Virus record (IMG/VR): IMGVR_UViG_2563366894_000005
Source of the DNA: a virus
Taxonomy: Duplodnaviria > Heunggongvirae > Uroviricota > Caudoviricetes
DNA: 3,141 bases
Strand: one strand, 5' to 3'
Shown here piece by piece: positions 1-3,141 of this stretch. Below the pieces are notes generated by a model. The model was not told the origin of the DNA. It did not search any database and saw only the letters and a list, made by a program, of their open reading frames with translations. Position 1 is the first letter of the stretch, and every line of letters starts with the position of its first letter. The translations under genes and the position numbers were made by a program.

Positions 1-282
1 ATGAAAGATTTAACACTCAAATTTGCCGACAGGGCCGACTTTTCGGCCTTTATGGATAGCACTGGCTATTATGATGACGAGTCGATGCAGGATGATATTC
101 TTATTGACGTGATAGGTAACGTGTACAAAGAAACCGGAGAACTGACTGAAGATGGCGAACCGGTATGTGTTAAGGAAGACGGATATTTTGTAAACGTGCG
201 CATCATTAATGATTCGCAAATATCGTCATTATTCGATGAATACGTGGTTGCTGTTGAGCATCAACTTCGTGGCTGGATGTGA
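1..282 (+). CDS. Hypothetical small acidic protein (93 aa), first gene of a tail-fibre operon
   Basis: Complete ORF from ATG at 1 to TGA at 280-282. Its stop overlaps a GAGGA Shine-Dalgarno (281-285) placed 6 nt before the ATG of the next gene at 292, which implies translational coupling. Composition by my count is 13 Asp + 8 Glu against 7 Lys/Arg, so net charge is strongly negative. I recognise no family motif. The upstream promoter and RBS lie outside the window. Confidence 0.6.
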   Translation: MKDLTLKFADRADFSAFMDSTGYYDDESMQDDILIDVIGNVYKETGELTEDGEPVCVKEDGYFVNVRIINDSQISSLFDEYVVAVEHQLRGWM

Positions 283-291
283 GGAAGAAAA

Positions 292-1332
292 ATGGCTACA
301 TCGACAGTAATTCCTGATGACATCAAAACGCAAAAATCCGACGTTAGCAAATTAAAAAACGATCAAGGAAGCTACGCAACAAAATTATATGTAGACAGCA
401 AAGATGAAATCGTTGGTGACTGGTCTGCTTCATGGTATCAGCAGGTATTGCCAACTAGCGGAGCTATATTTGGGAGAAAACTCCGCTCAACTCACAGGAC
501 GGCAGGTGTTGAGGATGCGTATTGCGAACTATACCTCAAAAAATGGATAGACAGTCCAGGTAACGCAATGGCGCGCCTTAACCTGAACGATAACGGGACA
601 AACATTTGCTGGGACTTTACCAACCTTTATGGCGGTACGATGATTTTTCCCGGTGACAGCGGATACCTCAAAATGGGTAACTGCCTTATGTCATACAGCA
701 AGCGTGGAAGTAACGCGCTTATTAAATTTGATTACACCGACACATTACAGATCAAATATGCCAATCATGGGTCAACCATGACATTAAACACACAGGGAAC
801 CGCTTATGCTGGTGTTACTGCTCAATTGTGGGGCAACACCAGCCGTCCTGTTGTTTATGAAGTCGGTGTTGATGGTGGCGCTTATATGTTCTATGCGCAG
901 AAAAATACCGATAACACCTATATGTTAAGCGTTAATGGTGCATGTCATGCCACCGCATTTAACCAGCATTCCGACCGGGATCTGAAAGACAACATTCAGG
1001 TGATCGATAATGCAACCGACCGCATCCGTAAAATGAACGGCTATACATACACGCTTAAAGAAAACGGTATGCCCTATGCTGGTGTCATTGCACAGGAAGC
1101 TCTGGAAGCAATCCCAGAAGTTGTAGGTTCCGCAATGAAATATCAGGACGGTGCAAGCGGATCGGAAGGTGAAGAAGGTGAACGTTATTACACAGTAGAT
1201 TATTCTGGTGTTACTGGCTTGCTTGTTCAGGTAGCCAGAGAGTCAGACGACAGAATAACAGCACTGGAAGAAGAAAACGCAGAATTAAGACAAAGATTAT
1301 CTGCAATTGAGGCGGCGCTTGCGTCTAAATAA
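292..1332 (+). CDS. Phage tail fibre / receptor-binding protein with C-terminal peptidase-S74-type intramolecular chaperone (autoproteolytic) domain
   Basis: 346-aa ORF with SD GAGGA 6 nt upstream. Residues ~227-346 carry the hallmarks of the endosialidase / T5 L-shaped-fibre chaperone domain as I know them: 'SDRDLKDNI' (candidate nucleophile Ser227 at nt 970-972, general-base Lys232), 'GVIAQEALEAIPEVV', 'YTVDYSGVTGLLVQ', then a coiled-coil tail 'ITALEEENAELRQRLSAIEAALASK'. Residues 1-226 are Gly/Asn/Thr/Tyr-rich, as expected for a receptor-binding region. Family assignment is by motif recognition, not search. Confidence 0.85.
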   Translation: MATSTVIPDDIKTQKSDVSKLKNDQGSYATKLYVDSKDEIVGDWSASWYQQVLPTSGAIFGRKLRSTHRTAGVEDAYCELYLKKWIDSPGNAMARLNLNDNGTNICWDFTNLYGGTMIFPGDSGYLKMGNCLMSYSKRGSNALIKFDYTDTLQIKYANHGSTMTLNTQGTAYAGVTAQLWGNTSRPVVYEVGVDGGAYMFYAQKNTDNTYMLSVNGACHATAFNQHSDRDLKDNIQVIDNATDRIRKMNGYTYTLKENGMPYAGVIAQEALEAIPEVVGSAMKYQDGASGSEGEEGERYYTVDYSGVTGLLVQVARESDDRITALEEENAELRQRLSAIEAALASK

Positions 1333-1338
1333 TATTAA

Positions 1339-1361
1339 GGGGCCGAGCGCCCCGTTTTATT
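1339..1361 (+). terminator. Putative weak rho-independent terminator / attenuator after the tail-fibre gene
   Basis: GGGGC (1339-1343) pairs with GCCCC (1349-1353) around a 5-nt loop, followed directly by GTTTTATT (1354-1361). It starts 7 nt after the fibre stop codon. The stem is only 5 bp, so read-through into the next gene is likely. Confidence 0.35.
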
Positions 1362-1374
1362 GGGTAGGATGAAA

Positions 1375-1668
1375 ATGGATATAACACCTTTCCTTCATGC
1401 GCTTTGTGCTGTGGCTGCGCAGCTACTGATTGGTCTTTTTACCGGGAACTGGGCTTACGGGGCGATAGCCGGTTGTACGTTCTTCATTGCGCGTGAACAC
1501 ACCCAGGCAGAATATCGCTGGATTGAAATGTTCGGGCATGGCAAGCGAATGAATATGCCGTGGTGGGGCGGTTTTGATCCGCGCGCGTGGGATGTGGCAA
1601 GCCTGATGGATTTTGCTGTGCCGGTGGTGGCGTGTCTGCTGGTCTGGCTGTTGGTTAATCGTGGGTGA
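1375..1668 (+). CDS. Small hydrophobic membrane protein (~97 aa, two predicted transmembrane helices), unknown function
   Basis: The track ORF (1360-1668) begins at TTG. I place the start at ATG 1375 because AGGA (1366-1369) sits 5 nt upstream; ATG 1369 is the alternative. Hydrophobic segments are 'FLHALCAVAAQLLIGLFTG...AYGAIAGCTFFIA' and 'VASLMDFAVPVVACLLVWLLV', separated by an aromatic/basic loop 'REHTQAEYRWIEMFGHGKRMNMPWWGGFDPRAWD'. Local GC is about 47-60% in the stretches I counted. Confidence 0.6.
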   Translation: MDITPFLHALCAVAAQLLIGLFTGNWAYGAIAGCTFFIAREHTQAEYRWIEMFGHGKRMNMPWWGGFDPRAWDVASLMDFAVPVVACLLVWLLVNRG

Positions 1669-1678
1669 AAAAAGGTGA

Positions 1679-1807
1679 GCTGTATATGCAACGGAGGAAG
1701 AAACTCCGTTGCTGGAAGCCTGGAAGAAGTATCGGGTGTTGCTGAACCGTGTTGATACATCAACTGCACCTGATATTGAGTGGCCTACGAACCCTGTCAG
1801 GGAGTAA
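1679..1807 (+). pseudogene. C-terminal remnant of a lambda-Tfa-like tail fibre assembly gene (no start codon, ~42 codons)
   Basis: The frame is open only from the TGA at 1676-1678 to TAA at 1805-1807 and translates to '[42 protein letters not shown]'. This closely matches the C-terminus of phage lambda Tfa as I recall it (...[32 protein letters not shown]). There is no in-frame ATG and the N-terminal ~150 codons are absent. By position it corresponds to the tfaD relic of K-12 DLP12 (recalled synteny, not verified). Confidence 0.75.
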
Positions 1808-1820
1808 TCATTGGGATTAT

Positions 1821-1855
1821 GCCGCAGCACGTCTTAAGCAAGAACGTGCTGCGGT
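1821..1855. terminator. Conserved hairpin between convergent genes (candidate bidirectional terminator / RNA stabiliser)
   Basis: Perfect 11-bp inverted repeat: CCGCAGCACGT (1822-1832) and ACGTGCTGCGG (1844-1854) around an 11-nt loop that itself contains the palindrome CTTAAG. It lies between the Tfa-remnant stop (1807) and the minus-strand methyltransferase stop (1862-1864). The T-run at 1865-1870 is 10 nt from the stem, so this is not a canonical intrinsic terminator on either strand. Confidence 0.4.
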
Positions 1856-1861
1856 TGGATG

Positions 1862-2530
1862 CTATTTTTTCCCTGAAGCGGAAAACATTACTACAGTACC
1901 TTGAACCTTGGTTTTAACATTCTCGAAATGCTCTGAGAGTATATGTGTTAAGCCTTCTTCGGAATCTTTTGTGTTTGAAAAGATGCCTTTCTGATTGTAA
2001 ATGCGCATCAGTTTTTGACCGAAGCTATTGTGCACAACTCCATCGCCAAGAATTGTGGCTCCGTATAGAGTTCCATCGTCAGTTAAGGCCTGCGCCGCAT
2101 TGCGTATTACACAGCTTTTTGTAGATATATTTCCAGGCAGGCAGTGAAGAAGGTAAAACATGGAAATGGAATCAAATTGACCATGTAACGCCGCGGGATA
2201 AGGTTCAAAAACATCATGGCTAATTTTATGTTTAATTTTTGATTCCCCAGCCCTTGTAGATGCCGCGTTCAGGCTAGCTTCGTTCAAATCCATTAAAGAT
2301 ATCAGACTACTCTCAGGTACGTGAGTAAGGTAAAACCCAGTTCCAACACCAATATCCAGATGGTTGTTACCTACATGTTCCAGAAAGTGTGGAAGAAGGT
2401 GTTCCTTTGTAGGACATCCCCATGCAAGCCGATTTGATACTCCCAAAACCCACCAGTCATAAAGCTTTAGGGTAAGTGGTGTGTAAATTTTAGCCCCATC
2501 ATCTGTGTTTTTTTTCATTGATTTCACCAT
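1862..2530 (-). CDS. ybcY: Class I SAM-dependent methyltransferase (small-molecule/protein type, not a DNA methyltransferase); prophage cargo gene
   Basis: 222-aa minus-strand ORF. Motif I 'LDIGVGTG' (Gly-rich SAM loop), an acidic residue ending the next strand ('LMDLNE'), and a hydrophobic motif-II-like 'DSISMFYLLHCL'. No DPPY/NPPY or PCQ DNA-methyltransferase motifs. Sampled GC is about 37-40%, against about 47-60% in the neighbouring fibre and membrane genes. The maximal ORF starts at ATG 2530-2528, but the in-frame ATG at 2518-2516 has a GGTGA SD 5 nt upstream and is the more likely start (218 aa). The symbol is given because position between two tfa relics matches my recollection of ybcY in K-12 DLP12. 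Confidence 0.85.
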   Translation of the reverse strand: MVKSMKKNTDDGAKIYTPLTLKLYDWWVLGVSNRLAWGCPTKEHLLPHFLEHVGNNHLDIGVGTGFYLTHVPESSLISLMDLNEASLNAASTRAGESKIKHKISHDVFEPYPAALHGQFDSISMFYLLHCLPGNISTKSCVIRNAAQALTDDGTLYGATILGDGVVHNSFGQKLMRIYNQKGIFSNTKDSEEGLTHILSEHFENVKTKVQGTVVMFSASGKK

Positions 2531-2559
2531 GTTATAGTTTTATTTGTGAATTAAATCAA
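2531..2559 (-). promoter_or_regulatory. Putative sigma-70 promoter for the methyltransferase gene
   Basis: On the minus strand: -35-like TTGATT (complement of 2554-2559), a 17-nt spacer, and -10-like TATAAC (complement of 2531-2536), all in the AT-rich 56-bp divergent gap between the methyltransferase and the truncated tfa gene. Called by eye against consensus only. The predicted transcript start would fall inside the first ATG, which fits use of the second ATG (2518). Confidence 0.25.
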
Positions 2560-2586
2560 TTATGGCGATGAATTACAAGGGGTTAA

Positions 2587-2856
2587 ATGCTGCCGCAGCA
2601 TAGCGATATTGAAATAGCCTGGTATGCTTCGATACAGCAGGAGCCGAATGGCTGGAAGACCGTCACCACACAGTTCTACATCCAGGAATTCAGTGAGTAT
2701 ATTGCGCCACTGCAGGATGCTGTAGATCTGGAAATCGCAACGGAGGAAGAAAGATCGTTGCTGGAGGCATGGAATAAATATCGGGTATTGTTGAATCGTG
2801 TTGATACATCAACTGTACCTGATATTGAGTGGCCTGCAAATCCTGTCAGGGAGTAA
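2587..2856 (+). CDS. tfaX: Truncated tail fibre assembly protein (Tfa family, 89 aa), tfaX-like
   Basis: ATG at 2587 with AAGGGG SD (2577-2582) 4 nt upstream. The C-terminal half '[54 protein letters not shown]' matches the lambda Tfa C-terminus from memory. The N-terminal ~40 aa are unrelated to lambda Tfa, and the protein is under half the ~194-aa lambda length. Position downstream of the methyltransferase matches tfaX of DLP12 as I recall it. Confidence 0.8.
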   Translation: MLPQHSDIEIAWYASIQQEPNGWKTVTTQFYIQEFSEYIAPLQDAVDLEIATEEERSLLEAWNKYRVLLNRVDTSTVPDIEWPANPVRE

Positions 2857-2906
2857 TCATTGGGATTATGCCGCAGACACGTCGTATGCAGGAACGTGCT
2901 GCGGTT
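2728..2906. repeat. Direct repeat copy B (tfa 3' end + hairpin), ~180 bp
   Basis: Partner of 1679-1856 in the same orientation. Together they bracket the methyltransferase gene, its promoter region and the unique 5' part of the tfaX-like gene. Confidence 0.8.
2871..2904. terminator. Second copy of the conserved hairpin, 3' of the tfaX-like gene (putative terminator)
   Basis: Left arm CCGCAGACACGT (2871-2882, one extra A as a bulge) and right arm ACGTGCTGCGG (2894-2904). The loop (CGTATGCAGGA) differs from copy 1 while the stem is kept. It is followed by a T-rich stretch, TTAGTTTGTGAGCTTT. Confidence 0.35.
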
Positions 2907-2970
2907 AGTTTGTGAGCTTTCGATAGTGGTTGTTATTTTTGCCCTTATTTGTTCCGGAGGCCATGGTTCA

Positions 2971-3141
2971 ATGGTCCGTCTGCCCCCTGTGGTGATGTCA
3001 GCAAAATCAGCCACTGCGCGAACCACAATAGCCCGGGAAGATGCTGAAGATCACCAGGTAAAGCTGTCAGCGCAGAAACTGGAAGAACTGCTCGCATCAA
3101 TGGTTAAGGATGAGGTTGATCGCAATGATGGGATTTATTGA
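2971..3141 (+). CDS. Hypothetical small protein (56 aa from ATG 2971; maximal ORF from TTG 2860 is 93 aa)
   Basis: Open frame ending at TGA 3139-3141. The first in-frame ATG is at 2971, with GGAGG (2956-2960) 10 nt upstream; another in-frame ATG is at 2995. The C-terminal part, 'EDAEDHQVKLSAQKLEELLASMVKDEVDRNDGIY', is charged and probably helical. I recognise no family. The TTG-start extension would overlap the hairpin at 2871-2904, so I disfavour it. Confidence 0.35.
   Translation: MVRLPPVVMSAKSATARTTIAREDAEDHQVKLSAQKLEELLASMVKDEVDRNDGIY

Larger units (their letters stand above)
1679..1856. repeat. Direct repeat copy A (tfa 3' end + hairpin), ~180 bp
   Basis: Aligns base-for-base with 2728-2906. 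I count about 14 mismatches over the ~140 coding bases compared (about 90% identity), mostly at third-codon positions. Homology begins 1-3 nt after the TGA at 1676-1678 and ends just past the hairpin. Confidence 0.8.

Noticed and set aside
10-219. 69-aa minus-strand ORF antisense to the first gene
   Set aside because: It lies entirely inside a better-supported plus-strand gene, has no RBS that I can see, and has no recognisable features. Most likely a chance antisense frame.
1165-1182. Short tandem repeat GAAGGTGAA x2 inside the fibre chaperone domain
   Set aside because: It simply encodes an acidic Gly/Glu linker (SEGEEGE) within the S74 domain. Too short to be a functional repeat element.
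1686-1745. 19-codon ORF ([19 protein letters not shown]) with an AAGGTGA SD 7 nt upstream
   Set aside because: It sits out of frame within the tfa-remnant homology. The SD/ATG pair is probably coincidental or a leftover of the recombination junction, and it is too short to call without expression data.
1423-1830. Minus-strand ORFs of 135 aa (1423-1830) and 104 aa (1455-1769) overlapping the membrane-protein gene and the tfa remnant
   Set aside because: They are antisense to a convincing membrane-protein gene and to the tfa homology. The shared peptide '[12 protein letters not shown]...' with the 2676-3026 ORF is just the reverse-frame translation of the direct repeat, not evidence of a gene family.
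1862-2530. Methyltransferase as the modification half of a restriction-modification or other DNA-modification defence system
   Set aside because: No DPPY/NPPY (amino-methyltransferase) or PCQ/ENV (C5-methyltransferase) motifs and no adjacent nuclease ORF. The motif pattern fits small-molecule or protein methyltransferases.
1679-2906. Possible CRISPR array or invertible (Gin/Pin/Cin-type) tail-fibre segment
   Set aside because: There are only two repeat copies, each ~180 bp and protein-coding, in direct rather than inverted orientation. No cas gene or serine-invertase gene is present in the window.
2860-2970. TTG start at 2860 and a possible lipoprotein signal peptide ('VVVIFALICSGG') in the last ORF
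   Set aside because: The extension overlaps the conserved hairpin, the n-region is atypical, and the residues before the Cys do not fit a lipobox. The internal ATG at 2971 with GGAGG is the better start.
2676-3026. 116-aa minus-strand ORF overlapping the tfaX-like gene and hairpin
   Set aside because: Antisense to the conserved tfa 3' end, and it runs through the hairpin. Its similarity to the 1423-1830 ORF is a by-product of the direct repeat.
1-3141. Scan for rRNA, tRNA, Chi sites (GCTGGTGG), IS-element inverted repeats and integrase or attachment sites
   Set aside because: No cloverleaf-compatible or rRNA-like segments, no exact Chi octamer on either strand that I could find by eye, and no transposase or integrase ORF. 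Nothing to report.

Overview
This window reads as the distal tail-fibre end of a lambdoid enterobacterial (E. coli-type) prophage, with mosaic structure and one cargo gene. Left to right: a small very acidic protein (1-282) translationally coupled to a 346-aa tail fibre / receptor-binding protein whose C-terminal ~120 aa is a peptidase-S74-type intramolecular chaperone domain (292-1332); a weak hairpin terminator; a ~100-aa two-helix membrane protein (1375-1668); a start-less C-terminal remnant of a lambda-Tfa-like tail fibre assembly gene (1679-1807); a conserved hairpin; a low-GC class I SAM-dependent methyltransferase on the minus strand (1862-2530); a truncated but translatable Tfa gene (2587-2856) whose 3' end plus hairpin is a ~180-bp direct repeat of the remnant; and a small ORF ending at 3141. 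The Tfa-remnant / methyltransferase / truncated-Tfa order matches what I recall of the tfaD-ybcY-tfaX segment of E. coli K-12 prophage DLP12, but the fibre and membrane-protein genes upstream are not part of that K-12 arrangement as I remember it. No rRNA, tRNA, CRISPR array, transposase or integrase is visible. The points most worth follow-up are the chaperone-independent fibre sitting beside now-redundant Tfa relics, the small membrane protein directly after the fibre gene, the repeat-flanked methyltransferase, and the acidic leader protein. All calls come from reading the sequence and the supplied ORF track; no database search was run.
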